This document shows positions 27,963 to 37,638 of a stretch of 64,000 bases of DNA, piece by piece. Under the pieces are notes generated by a model, which was not told the origin of the DNA, did not search any database, and saw only the letters and a list, made by a program, of their open reading frames with translations. This DNA comes from Candidatus Binatia bacterium (GTDB lineage: Bacteria; Desulfobacterota; Binatia; Bin18). The stretch lies in contig OY761159.2 in NCBI GenBank assembly GCA_963664395.2, positions 4,616,280 to 4,680,279 on the forward strand, read 5' to 3'. Made by a program: the position numbers and the translations under genes. Within the stretch, counting starts at the first letter, position 1; each line of letters opens with the position of its first letter.

Positions 27963-28826
27963 ATGACGGACACAGGCACCCATCATGTGGCAACGGTGAA
28001 TGGATTTCGGATGCACTACATTATTGCCGGCTCAGGCTACCCCTTAGTTTTTGTCCACGGCTGGCCGCAGAGCTGTTATGAGTGGCACAAGATTATTGGT
28101 CCTCTGTCGGAGCAGTTCACGGTCATCACACCCGACTTGCGTGGCTTGGGAGATTCCGAGCGCCCCCTGAGCGGGTATGACAAACGCACCCTGGCTTCAG
28201 ACGTGTATGAACTCGTCACCTCACTCGGCTTTGAGAAAATCGGACTGACCGGCCATGACTGGGGCGGCGCGGTCTCGTATTATTTTGCCTACGATCACCC
28301 GGAAATGGTCGAGCGGCTGATGATACTGGATATGATTCCCGGCCTGGGCCGCACAGGCGAAAAGATGGATATCGCAGTTGCCCAGCGACTCTGGCACGTC
28401 TTCTTTCACGCCGGTATGCCCGACTTGGCCGAAAAGCTGGTGAGTAATAATGTCGAAACCTATTTGCGTCATTTCTATAATTCAACCGTCTACAACTATA
28501 GCCCGCAGGTGTTCACAGACGAGGATGTCGCCGAATACGTCCGGGTCTATTCCGCGCCAGGAGCGCTGCGCGCCGGGTTCCAGTATTACCGCACGGGCAT
28601 TAACGAAGACTTGGAGAGCCTGAGCGCGTGTACTGAAAAACTCAAAATGCCGGTCCGAGCCTGGGGCGGCCAGACCTTTCTGGGTGACCTCGTCCCCATT
28701 TGGCAAGGAGTGGCAGAAAACGTGACAGGCGGCCAGGTAGAAGAGTGCGGCCACTTTATTGCGGAAGAAAAGCCGGATTTTGTCATTGCCCAAGCCCAGG
28801 AGTTTTTTGGTCCTTTACAAGAATGA
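27963..28826 (+). CDS. Alpha/beta hydrolase, epoxide hydrolase/haloacetate dehalogenase-like
   Basis: HGWPQSCYEWH and GHDWGG (Asp nucleophile), with C-terminal CGHFIAEE. AAGGAG RBS before the ATG at 27963. Confidence 0.85.
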   Translation: MTDTGTHHVATVNGFRMHYIIAGSGYPLVFVHGWPQSCYEWHKIIGPLSEQFTVITPDLRGLGDSERPLSGYDKRTLASDVYELVTSLGFEKIGLTGHDWGGAVSYYFAYDHPEMVERLMILDMIPGLGRTGEKMDIAVAQRLWHVFFHAGMPDLAEKLVSNNVETYLRHFYNSTVYNYSPQVFTDEDVAEYVRVYSAPGALRAGFQYYRTGINEDLESLSACTEKLKMPVRAWGGQTFLGDLVPIWQGVAENVTGGQVEECGHFIAEEKPDFVIAQAQEFFGPLQE

Positions 28827-28916
28827 ATGCAGGGTGAGCGGGATTTCCCGTCGGTCGTTGGAACCGTTTGAAGATGGTTCGACTTCGCCTATAATCCGGT
28901 TGGTGGAGGTGGATGT

Positions 28917-31301
28917 ATGAAAGAAGCGGCGGTGGCGGAAAAAATTCTTACCACAGACCTCGGGGTTGAAGCGGAAGCCCGCTATCTCAATTACGCGCTC
29001 AGTGTTATTACCTCACGGGCCCTGCCCGATATTCGTGACGGTCTCAAGCCGGTACAGCGGCGGCTGCTGTACGCCATGCACCAGAACCTGCATCTTGGTG
29101 GCGATGCCCGGCCCCGTAAATCGGCAGCTGTTGTGGGTGAAGTCCTGGGCAAATACCATCCGCATGGAGACCAGGCCGCCTACGATGCCATGGTTCGCTT
29201 GGCGCAGCCGTTCTCGCTCCGCTATCCGCTGGTTCAGGGGGAAGGAAATTTCGGCTCGCTCGATGGCGATAGTGCGGCGGCCATGCGCTACACCGAGGCC
29301 AAGCTCGCGCCCTTATCCGAAGAGCTGTTCCGTGACCTGCGCGGCGCGACCATTCCGTACCGTCCCAACTATGACGCCACTCTGAATGAGCCGGTCGTCC
29401 TCCCGTCCGGTATTCCCCAACTCCTGCTCAACGGAGCGAGCGGCATTGCCGTTGGTATGGCTACCAGTATTCCGCCGCATAACTTTACAGAAGTAATCAA
29501 GGCCCTGCTGGCAATGATTGATGACCCGACACTGACCAGCGCTGGATTGCTCAAACATATCAAAGGCCCGGACTTTCCAACCGGCGGTGAGATACTTACC
29601 AGTAAGCACGAGCTGCGAGATATCTACGAAAAGGGCCAAGGGACGATCAAACTGCGCGGAGAATGGAAGGTTGAGGACCTGCCCCGCGGGAAGCGTCAGG
29701 TCATCGTGACCTCCCTGCCGTATACCGTCAACAAGGCCCAATTGGTGGAAAAGATCGCCGAATTCGTCAGCAGCCGAAAAATCCCGCAAGTCGTCGATGT
29801 CCGGGACGAATCGACAGACGATATTCGTATTGTCCTTGAGCTCAAAGGCAACACCTCAGATGAGCTCGCCATGGCGTATTTGTGTCGCCATACGACGCTG
29901 CAAACGTCCTTTTCCGTCAACCTGACCTGTCTGATTCCGACCGACAACCCGGAAGTCGGGCAACCCCGGCGCGCCACGTTGTCCGACCTGTGCCGACATT
30001 TCCTGGACTTCCGTTTTGAGGTGGTCACCAAACGCTTTGAACATGAGTTGAGCGAGTTGGAAGCCCGCCTGCATATCCTTGCCGGGCTGGCCCTGATTGC
30101 CGACCGGCTCGACACCGTCATCCGCCTCATCCGGAACGCGACCTCGCGCAAAGACGCGCGTGAAAAACTTCGGCAGAGTTTTCAATTGGACGAGACGCAG
30201 GCCGACGCCATCCTCGATATTCGCCTCTACCAGCTCGCCCGCTTGGAAGTCGAAAAAATTCAGACCGAACGCCAGGAGAAAGAAACCCGCGCCCAGGAGT
30301 TGCGCCGGTTGTTGAGCAGTGAAAGCCAGCGCTGGACGATCATACGGGACGAACTGGAAGCGCTGGGCAAGCAGTATGGCGACCGACGCCGGACGGCCCT
30401 GCGCGCGGGCGAACAGCTCAATTACGACCCCGACGCCTATATCGTCCATGAGGAAGCTACGGTCGTCCTCAGCCGCGACGGCTGGATTAAGCGGGTCAGA
30501 GAACTCAAGGACCCAACCAGTACCCGGCTGCGTGAAGGTGACGACATCAAGGCCGTTCTTCAGGGCACAACCCGTGATCGCCTGGCCGTTTTCACCAACC
30601 GGGGTATGCTCTACGTCATACGCATTAACACCGTGACGGCGACCACCGGCTATGGAGAACCCATCCAGACCCTGTTCAATTTTCAGGATGGCGAACAGAT
30701 TGTGACAGTCCGCCTTATCCGCGACCGCCCGTCGGGAAGCCCGGCCCAAGAGAACGGGACGGGCGCGGCCAAGCCGGGCCAGACCGACCTATTTGCGCCC
30801 CCGGCTTCCCCCCAGGTGGCTGGCGAGCGGGAACCGGCCCTGCTCCTGGCGACGGCCAAGGGCCTGGGGTTTCGTTTTGAGCCCAGTGTCGAAGAAACCA
30901 CCCGTAACGGGAGAAAAATTGCCCGTTTGGCCGCAGACGACGCCGTTATTACCGTCCAACCGGTGCGCGGCGGCCGGACGGTGTGTGCCACCGCGTCCGG
31001 GTATATCTTGGCCTTTCCAACCCAAGATATTGCCGAATTATCCGGAGCCGGACGCGGAGTTATTCTCATGCGCCTGGAGCAAGACGACCGTTTGGTTGGG
31101 GCGGTCACAAACGAACCCGGCGCGGGTGTGACCGTTATCAATACAGACGGGAAAGAGCGGAAAATCCCACTGCGGGAGATTCCGTTAGGCAAACGGGCCG
31201 GAAAGGGCCGGCGAGTAGTCAAACGATCGGTGCTGGTGGGGATGCAGCAAAACGGCGCCCGGCGCGGCGCAAATGGTGGAGTGGAGGAGGCTGAGGCGTA
31301 A
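28917..31301 (+). CDS. Type IIA topoisomerase subunit A (GyrA/ParC family; ParC-like because no GyrA box was seen)
   Basis: [25 protein letters not shown] (catalytic Tyr), and a beta-pinwheel C-terminal domain without a QRRGGKG-type box. Confidence 0.92.
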   Translation: MKEAAVAEKILTTDLGVEAEARYLNYALSVITSRALPDIRDGLKPVQRRLLYAMHQNLHLGGDARPRKSAAVVGEVLGKYHPHGDQAAYDAMVRLAQPFSLRYPLVQGEGNFGSLDGDSAAAMRYTEAKLAPLSEELFRDLRGATIPYRPNYDATLNEPVVLPSGIPQLLLNGASGIAVGMATSIPPHNFTEVIKALLAMIDDPTLTSAGLLKHIKGPDFPTGGEILTSKHELRDIYEKGQGTIKLRGEWKVEDLPRGKRQVIVTSLPYTVNKAQLVEKIAEFVSSRKIPQVVDVRDESTDDIRIVLELKGNTSDELAMAYLCRHTTLQTSFSVNLTCLIPTDNPEVGQPRRATLSDLCRHFLDFRFEVVTKRFEHELSELEARLHILAGLALIADRLDTVIRLIRNATSRKDAREKLRQSFQLDETQADAILDIRLYQLARLEVEKIQTERQEKETRAQELRRLLSSESQRWTIIRDELEALGKQYGDRRRTALRAGEQLNYDPDAYIVHEEATVVLSRDGWIKRVRELKDPTSTRLREGDDIKAVLQGTTRDRLAVFTNRGMLYVIRINTVTATTGYGEPIQTLFNFQDGEQIVTVRLIRDRPSGSPAQENGTGAAKPGQTDLFAPPASPQVAGEREPALLLATAKGLGFRFEPSVEETTRNGRKIARLAADDAVITVQPVRGGRTVCATASGYILAFPTQDIAELSGAGRGVILMRLEQDDRLVGAVTNEPGAGVTVINTDGKERKIPLREIPLGKRAGKGRRVVKRSVLVGMQQNGARRGANGGVEEAEA

Positions 31302-31302
31302 T

Positions 31303-33219
31303 ATGGCAGTGCAAAAGCAAGCCTACACGGCAAAAGATATTACCGTTCTTGAGGGTCTCGACCCGGTTCGCAAACGACCCGGCATGTATATCGGCGGGGT
31401 TGATAGTACGGGGCTGCATCACCTCGTCTGGGAACTCCTGGATAATGCGGTGGATGAAGCCATGAACGGCCATGCCAGTCGTATTGAAGTGAGCCTGCAT
31501 ACAGACGGCTCAAGCGTGACCGTGGCTGACAACGGGCGCGGGATTCCAGTAGACCTGCACCCGCAGTTCAAGAAGCCCGCGCTGGAGCTTATTCTGACTA
31601 CCCTGCATGCAGGCGGGAAATTTGGAGATCAGAATTACGCCCACTCTGGAGGTCTGCACGGAGTGGGGGCTTCCGTAGTCAACGCGCTGGCCGACCGCAT
31701 GGTGGCCCGTATCCGCCGGGATGGGGTGGAGTGGGAACAATGCTTTAGCCGCGGCAAAGCAACAACAAAGCTCAAACAAATTGGTGAGGCGCGTGGCCAT
31801 GGCAGCACACTCACCTTTCACCCCGACCCTGATATTTTTCCGTCTATTACGTTCACACCCGAGCGCATTGCCGAAAGATTGGAAGCCAAAGCCTATCTTC
31901 ACAAAGGTCTGATACTGGTCTTTCGGAACGAGACAACCGGGCAAACGCAGCAGTTCCTGTATAAGGACGGCCTCAAAGCCTATCTCAATAAACTGCTCGC
32001 CGACGGTGAAAAAAAGGCCGTTATTCAGGATGTCTTCCATATCGAACGCGCCGCCTCGCCTCCCCTGGAGTGCGTGCTGACGTGGACGGAATCACCGGAA
32101 GAGCGCATCCACTCGTTTGTGAACGGCATCCCAACTCCTTTCGGCGGCACGCATGAAACCGGCTTAAAGACCGCCATTGTGAAGGCAGTTCGCAATTACA
32201 TCAACGTCAACAACCTGACGCCCAAAGGGATGAACATTACCGCCGACGACACGCGCGAAGGGCTTGTTGCCATCCTCAGCCTGTATCTCAAACACCCTCA
32301 GTTTCAGGGCCAGACCAAAGAAAAACTCGGCAACCCGGAAACAACAGCGCAAATTGACAACCTGATCCGGACCTCCTTGGAAAATTTTCTGCTCAATAAT
32401 CGCTCCCAGGCGGAGACGATTGCCCAGCGGGTGATACTGGCTGCGCGCGCGCGGTCTGCCTCACGCGCGGCTTTGGAAAGCGTGCGGAGTAAGGGGGCGG
32501 TCTCACATCGTCTGAACCTGCCCGGCAAGCTTGCCGACTGTTCCTCAACCAGCCCGGAGAAAAGCGAACTCTTCATCGTTGAGGGAGATTCTGCTGGTGG
32601 CTCAGCCAAGCAGGGCCGAGATCGGGGCTTTCAAGCCATTCTGCCTCTGCGCGGCAAGGTTTTGAATACGGAACAGGCCTCGCTCAATAAAATCCTGACC
32701 AATAAAGAATTAAACGATCTTGTGTCGGCCTTGGGCTGCGGCGTGGGCAAGACGTTTGATCTGTCCAAGATCCGCTATCACAAAGTCTGTCTTTTGATGG
32801 ACGCTGATTCGGACGGCAACCATATTTGCACGCTCCTGCTGACTTTTTTCTACCTTTATCTGCCTGAACTGATTCAGGCCGGCTATGTCTATATTGCCAA
32901 GCCGCCGCTGTATAAAATCGAGATCGGCAAGGAAGTCTATTGGGCAGACGATGACGCAGACAAAGAACGCCTGCTGGCCCAGCAAAATGGACATGCCGGC
33001 AAGGCTCAAGTCCAGCGTTTTAAGGGCTTAGGTGAGATGAATCCGCGTACGCTCAAAGAAACAACACTCGACCCACGCACGCGCACCTTACTCCAGGTCT
33101 CTAATCACGATGACGAGCGAACGAAAAAAGCCATCCAAACGCTGATGGGCAAAGATGTCCAGCCGCGCTTCAGCTTTATCATGGAGCGTGCCCCTAAGGT
33201 TGAAGAAGTAGACGTCTAG
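31303..33219 (+). CDS. Type IIA topoisomerase subunit B (GyrB/ParE family)
   Basis: The ATG lies 1 nt after the stop of the A subunit. GLDPVRKRPGMYIGG, GHKL ATPase, and TOPRIM EGDSAGGSAKQGRD. 638 aa. Confidence 0.92.
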   Translation: MAVQKQAYTAKDITVLEGLDPVRKRPGMYIGGVDSTGLHHLVWELLDNAVDEAMNGHASRIEVSLHTDGSSVTVADNGRGIPVDLHPQFKKPALELILTTLHAGGKFGDQNYAHSGGLHGVGASVVNALADRMVARIRRDGVEWEQCFSRGKATTKLKQIGEARGHGSTLTFHPDPDIFPSITFTPERIAERLEAKAYLHKGLILVFRNETTGQTQQFLYKDGLKAYLNKLLADGEKKAVIQDVFHIERAASPPLECVLTWTESPEERIHSFVNGIPTPFGGTHETGLKTAIVKAVRNYINVNNLTPKGMNITADDTREGLVAILSLYLKHPQFQGQTKEKLGNPETTAQIDNLIRTSLENFLLNNRSQAETIAQRVILAARARSASRAALESVRSKGAVSHRLNLPGKLADCSSTSPEKSELFIVEGDSAGGSAKQGRDRGFQAILPLRGKVLNTEQASLNKILTNKELNDLVSALGCGVGKTFDLSKIRYHKVCLLMDADSDGNHICTLLLTFFYLYLPELIQAGYVYIAKPPLYKIEIGKEVYWADDDADKERLLAQQNGHAGKAQVQRFKGLGEMNPRTLKETTLDPRTRTLLQVSNHDDERTKKAIQTLMGKDVQPRFSFIMERAPKVEEVDV

Positions 33220-33224
33220 ATTTC

Positions 33225-33701
33225 ATGTCCAAGCGTCATCCCAGCCTGGTCTCCCTCTCGCGGGAGCATCATCACGGCCTCCTTCTCGCGTTCCGCATCA
33301 AACACGGGCTACCCAAAACGCGCCGGCCACACGACAGTCCGCAAGAGCAAGCGGCCGATACGGCGCACTTTTTCAAGAGCGGTTTGGCACCCCATTTTGC
33401 TGCAGAAGCCGATATCCTCTTTCCAGCGATTCGGGCCATGCAGCCTCAAGCGTCCGCCCTACTCGACCGGCTCATTCAAGAACATGCGGCCATGCGGGAG
33501 TTCGTGCACCAGATTGACCAGCAGTCTCCTGACGGGCCACAGTTGACGGAATTACTGATGTCATTTGGCACACTCTTAGAGCGGCATATTCGATGTGAAG
33601 AACGCGATCTTTTTCCGGTGTACGAGGCGCACGTCTCTGAAGCCGAGGCGACCCGGATAGAACGAGCAATCTTCCGGGTGATCGGCGACGGTCTTGCTTG
33701 A
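33225..33701 (+). CDS. Hemerythrin (HHE cation-binding) domain protein
   Basis: LSREHHHGL...EHAAMREF...LERHIRCEERDLFP. Starts 5 nt after the topoisomerase B stop. Confidence 0.8.
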   Translation: MSKRHPSLVSLSREHHHGLLLAFRIKHGLPKTRRPHDSPQEQAADTAHFFKSGLAPHFAAEADILFPAIRAMQPQASALLDRLIQEHAAMREFVHQIDQQSPDGPQLTELLMSFGTLLERHIRCEERDLFPVYEAHVSEAEATRIERAIFRVIGDGLA

Positions 33702-33776
33702 CAGTCGGAGTCACAACCGGATAGGGGAAGCAGGAGCAGGTACGAGCGAATCTCAGGAATACGAGGAGGGCAAAGT

Positions 33777-34172
33777 ATGGAGTTCTTACACACCATGATC
33801 CGGGTCAACGATTTGGACGAGTCGCTTAAATTCTACTGCGAGGGGCTGGGCATGAAGCTGCTGCGCAAACAAGACTATCCAGGCGGTGAGTTTACTTTGG
33901 CTTTTGTTGGGTACGGTGACGAGAAGAATAATACCGTCGTCGAACTCACGCATAACTGGGGCACGTCAAGTTATGACCAAGGGAGCGCATTCGGGCATCT
34001 GGCTATCGGCGTAGATGATATTTATGGGACCTGCGACGAGCTCAAAGGGAAGGGGATCAACGTGGTGCGCGAGCCCGGCCCCATGGCGCACGGCGGCGCG
34101 GTTATCGCCTTTATTGAAGATCCGAATGGTTACAAGGTCGAACTGATCGATCTCAAAGGCACCCGCGGATAG
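33777..34172 (+). CDS. gloA: Lactoylglutathione lyase (glyoxalase I)
   Basis: HTMIRVNDLDESLKFY...VELTHNWG...GHLAIGVDD...FIEDPNGYKVELI. Confidence 0.92.
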   Translation: MEFLHTMIRVNDLDESLKFYCEGLGMKLLRKQDYPGGEFTLAFVGYGDEKNNTVVELTHNWGTSSYDQGSAFGHLAIGVDDIYGTCDELKGKGINVVREPGPMAHGGAVIAFIEDPNGYKVELIDLKGTRG

Positions 34173-34206
34173 GAAAAGTCTCTTTACCACGAATAAGGAG
34201 TTCCCA

Positions 34207-34599
34207 GTGCTACAAGCAGCAAAAGACTCAATTGACGTTGGTATTTTTGTCAAAGACATCAGCACCATGCTCGATTTTTACCAGGGCACGCTGGGTCTGG
34301 AAAAGACCGAGGAGGTGCCGACCGCCTTTGGCACCATCCATCGCTTCCGGCATGGGACGAGTGACATCAAGCTCATGGACCCCAAAGAAGTACCACCGGC
34401 CGCGCCAAACGGTTTTGGCAAACGCCTGGGCATAGGCTATCTCACCTTTGTGATCAAAGACCTGAGTGGGCTGTGTGCCGCACTCAAGGACAAAGGGGCT
34501 GAGTTCACCATTCCGGAAACCGAAATCCGCCCTGGCACCCGCATCGCCATGATCAAGGACCCCGAGGGCAATATTCTGGAGTTTGTCGAACGCGGCTAA
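34207..34599 (+). CDS. VOC (glyoxalase/bleomycin-resistance/dioxygenase) family protein
   Basis: 130 aa with the VOC beta-alpha-beta-beta-beta pattern, ending ...IKDPEGNILEFVE. Confidence 0.8.
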   Translation: MLQAAKDSIDVGIFVKDISTMLDFYQGTLGLEKTEEVPTAFGTIHRFRHGTSDIKLMDPKEVPPAAPNGFGKRLGIGYLTFVIKDLSGLCAALKDKGAEFTIPETEIRPGTRIAMIKDPEGNILEFVERG

Positions 34600-34612
34600 G
34601 ACCGTGAGATAA

Positions 34613-34660
34613 GGGGATGCGGCTCCATCCCCCAGCCGGGTGGCCTCCCAGCCACCCGGC
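34613..34660. terminator. Two back-to-back perfect hairpins in a convergent intergenic gap
   Basis: GGGGATG-cggctc-CATCCCC (34613..34632) and GCCGGGTGGC-ctccca-GCCACCCGGC (34635..34660), read directly. Neither has a U-tract. Confidence 0.5.
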
Positions 34661-34698
34661 CAAAGATCAATACGGTCGCCACGGAAAAGGACCGAATC

Positions 34699-35970
34699 CT
34701 ACGCACTTCGCCGCCGCCGGCCTCCCGGCCTGAAGTGTCGGATAGACCCACTGGCCAGACGCGCTCCACGCGAGGCATCCCGCTTCGCAAATCGGCGGAT
34801 AGTGAAATGGGTTGGTTCAAAGCCTTTAATCATCTTGCGTGAGATCTCTGTGCCTAAAAGACTTTCGATTGCGCGGACTGCTTCGACCTCGTCGGACGAG
34901 GCAAACGTAAGCGCATCCCCTGTGGCCGTCGCTCGCGCGGTGCGGCCGATGCGGTGGACGTAATCTTCCGGGCGGTTGGGGACGTCAAAATTCACAACAT
35001 GAGAAATTCCCTCAACGTCAAGGCCACGCGCGGCAACGTCGGTTGCGACTAAGACATCAACCTTTCCGCTCTTAAAGTTGTTGAGAACTTGTGTACGGAC
35101 GTGCTGGCTCTTATCGCCGTGTAGAGCGGCCACACGCCGATTCGTCTGGGAAAGACGTTTGGATAATCGTTCCGCACGGACCTTTGTCCGCGTAAAGATA
35201 AGAACGTGCTTGAGATTCCCATGCTGGAGGAGATAATGCAGGAGATCATTTTTCTGTTCGGCTTCAACCAAATAGAGTACGTGGCGTAGAGTCGCTACAG
35301 GCGTAGCGCGGCGCCCGACATCAATCACCTCGGGTTCTCTCAAGGTATCTTGCGCAAGGCGCTCAATCTCTTGTGGCATGGTCGCTGAAAACAAGAGCGT
35401 TTGGCGCGATTCAGGTATCGCGGCAAGGATACGCCGGACATCGGGTAAAAAGCCCATATCGAGCATACGGTCAGCTTCGTCCAAGACGAGCACTTCGACA
35501 TTGGCAAGCGAGACGTTGCCTCGGTTCAAGTGATCGAGGAGTCGTCCGGGTGTTGCGATTAACAGTTCCACCCCGCGACGGAGTTGATCAGCTTGGGGGC
35601 CGAGCCCGACACCGCCGTAGACCACGGTTGACCGGACTGGCACGTATTTCCCGTAGGTTCGAGCACTTTCCCCTATTTGTACGGCGAGTTCGCGAGTCGG
35701 TGTCAGCACTAAAGCCCGTACTTCCCCCCGCTCTTCTTGGGCGAAACGTTGAAGTATGGGAAGAAGAAATCCGGCAGTCTTTCCCGTTCCAGTCTGAGCA
35801 CAAGCGAGCATATCTTTGCCATCCAGGGCAACTGGAATTGCTTGTGTCTGAACAGGAGTCGGCGTTTCGTATTGCGCGTCTTCAAGAGCGCGTAAGAGCT
35901 CGGGCATCAGCCTGAGCCCAGAAAAACCAGAACAATCAGAAAGACCATTATTCGTACTATCTAGCGTCAA
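34699..35970 (-). CDS. DEAD-box ATP-dependent RNA helicase (RhlE-like) with a basic C-terminal tail
   Basis: Q motif TPTPVQ, AQTGTGKTA, DEAD, SAT, HRIGRTARA. TTG start. Confidence 0.93.
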   Translation of the reverse strand: MTLDSTNNGLSDCSGFSGLRLMPELLRALEDAQYETPTPVQTQAIPVALDGKDMLACAQTGTGKTAGFLLPILQRFAQEERGEVRALVLTPTRELAVQIGESARTYGKYVPVRSTVVYGGVGLGPQADQLRRGVELLIATPGRLLDHLNRGNVSLANVEVLVLDEADRMLDMGFLPDVRRILAAIPESRQTLLFSATMPQEIERLAQDTLREPEVIDVGRRATPVATLRHVLYLVEAEQKNDLLHYLLQHGNLKHVLIFTRTKVRAERLSKRLSQTNRRVAALHGDKSQHVRTQVLNNFKSGKVDVLVATDVAARGLDVEGISHVVNFDVPNRPEDYVHRIGRTARATATGDALTFASSDEVEAVRAIESLLGTEISRKMIKGFEPTHFTIRRFAKRDASRGARLASGSIRHFRPGGRRRRSA

Positions 35971-36155
35971 AGGACCATCTCTTTCTCCGTGCTGCCCAGG
36001 TGCGCGGACGGGTATGAGCGCTGACCATGCGTCAGCACATCGTGTTACTATGCAGAACCTGGGAAACGTGGAACTCGGGTCTGGGCAACCAGAGACCCGC
36101 TTCTGAGCGGGATTTCTTACAAGGGAAAAGAGACCTGCTCGCGGTTCGTTCTTCT

Positions 36156-36182
36156 ATTATATAGACCCAGCATACCTGACAA
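36156..36182 (-). promoter_or_regulatory. Sigma-70-like promoter for the DEAD-box helicase (-35 TTGTCA, -10 TATAAT)
   Basis: Minus strand reads TTGTCAggtatgctgggtctaTATAAT. The spacer is only 15 nt. This implies a leader of about 180 nt. Confidence 0.4.
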
Positions 36183-36225
36183 ACAGTGAAAATACTAGCC
36201 GGAGATTCTTTTTTTTAACTGGCCC

Positions 36226-36627
36226 CTAGGCGAGTTCAGTCTTGCGCTTCGTCAGGATGAGGGCCGATCCCAGCGAGACCCCAACCGCAACAATGGAGTA
36301 GAGGAGGTAGAAGAGACCCAACTGATTGGCCTCTGGGGCAGCGCGGTACACAAAGAGCAAGAGGTTCACAATGACATACAGCGCATACGCATGCGCCATG
36401 CCCACAACGAAACGTTTCATATTCCAGATGCCGTAGGCATAGACGAGCAAATAGAGGCCGGCCACGATGCCGGCTATCGTGTTTGGCATCCCGGACAACC
36501 GAGAACCAAAGAGCACAAAGCCGGTCTCCTCATTAATTTGGAGGGGTTTCAGCAAATTTGATATGGCTAAGATGGCAAACAGGACAGCAAAGACCGTGAG
36601 TACGCTACCACGTTCAGCTTGAGCCAT
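36226..36627 (-). CDS. Hypothetical integral membrane protein (about 4 TM helices)
   Basis: 133 aa, strongly hydrophobic. No family recognised. Confidence 0.6.
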   Translation of the reverse strand: MAQAERGSVLTVFAVLFAILAISNLLKPLQINEETGFVLFGSRLSGMPNTIAGIVAGLYLLVYAYGIWNMKRFVVGMAHAYALYVIVNLLLFVYRAAPEANQLGLFYLLYSIVAVGVSLGSALILTKRKTELA

Positions 36628-36768
36628 TGGGCCTCCTTGTGATCTGAGGCCTCAGGTTACAATACTTCCCACAGCCCAAGCAAGCGCGAGCGACAGGTAG
36701 CAATACCCGGAGAGTTCCGATACCAGAATCAGAGTCGAAAATACGCTGACACCTGAGAGGGGATAGTT

Positions 36769-37548
36769 ATGACAATACAACTACGTCAGATCTGTTTCGT
36801 TGCGGAGAAACTCGCGCCTGTGGTTGAAGACCTCAAATCCATATTCGGCCTGGAGGTATGTTTTGTTGATGCAGGTGTGGGCGTTTTCGGCTTAGAGAAC
36901 GCCCTGTTTCCGGTGGGCTCAAACTTTTTTGAAGTCGTAGCACCGACCAAAGACAATACTGCCGCCAGCCGCTTTCTGCAACGTCGCAACGGCAATGGCG
37001 GCTATATGGTCATTTGCCAGTGCGATAGCCGCGAAACGCAACAGACCCGCAAGGCTCGGGCGGAAGAGCTGGGCGTGCGTATTGCCTGGGAGTGGGATAT
37101 TCACGGCTTTCAGTGTATGCAGCTCCACCCTGGAGATACGGGCGGTGCCTTCTTTGAACTCGACTGGGACCCAAAAAATGAGCCCGAAGGGCATTGGGAA
37201 CCGGCCGGTGGAGATGGTTGGGACACAGCCCGGCGGACGGATGTGGTCAGCAGCTACTCAGCCGTTGAGATGCAGTCCCAGGACCCCCGATCAATGGCCG
37301 AGAGATGGGCAGACATCGCGGGCATTCCGCTCAAGCAAGACGATCAAGGCCGCACGATCCTGGCGCTGGAGAATGCTGACGTGCGGTTTGTTGAGGCCAC
37401 TGATGGACGTGGAGATGGTTTAGGGGGAATTGATATTGCTGTTGCTGATACACAGAGACTCCTGACTACGGCAGAGCAACGCGGGTGTCGCGTGTCGGAC
37501 GAGCAGGTGGATGTGTGTGGCGTCCGTTTTTATCTCAAAGAGGCTTAG
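36769..37548 (+). CDS. Glyoxalase-like/VOC-domain protein
   Basis: 259 aa: LRQICFVAEKLAPVVEDL...FFEVVAP...GGYMVICQ... resembles the Glyoxalase-like domain family. Confidence 0.65.
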   Translation: MTIQLRQICFVAEKLAPVVEDLKSIFGLEVCFVDAGVGVFGLENALFPVGSNFFEVVAPTKDNTAASRFLQRRNGNGGYMVICQCDSRETQQTRKARAEELGVRIAWEWDIHGFQCMQLHPGDTGGAFFELDWDPKNEPEGHWEPAGGDGWDTARRTDVVSSYSAVEMQSQDPRSMAERWADIAGIPLKQDDQGRTILALENADVRFVEATDGRGDGLGGIDIAVADTQRLLTTAEQRGCRVSDEQVDVCGVRFYLKEA

Positions 37549-37638
37549 GCCAAGCACGCAGGTCGGGTGAACGAAGCGTAGCTCGGCATCACATGTCGGG
37601 CAGCGCACGCGGCAGGAACAGATATCCTACGCCCTCCC

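Noticed and set aside
29856-30749. 297-aa minus-strand ORF, plus other antisense ORFs inside the topoisomerase genes
   Set aside because: They are opposite an unambiguous GyrA/ParC-family gene, so I treat them as shadow ORFs.
28917-31301. Calling the A subunit gyrA
   Set aside because: I could not see a GyrA box, and the gene order is atypical. The gyrase versus topo IV call is left open because it cannot be decided by eye.
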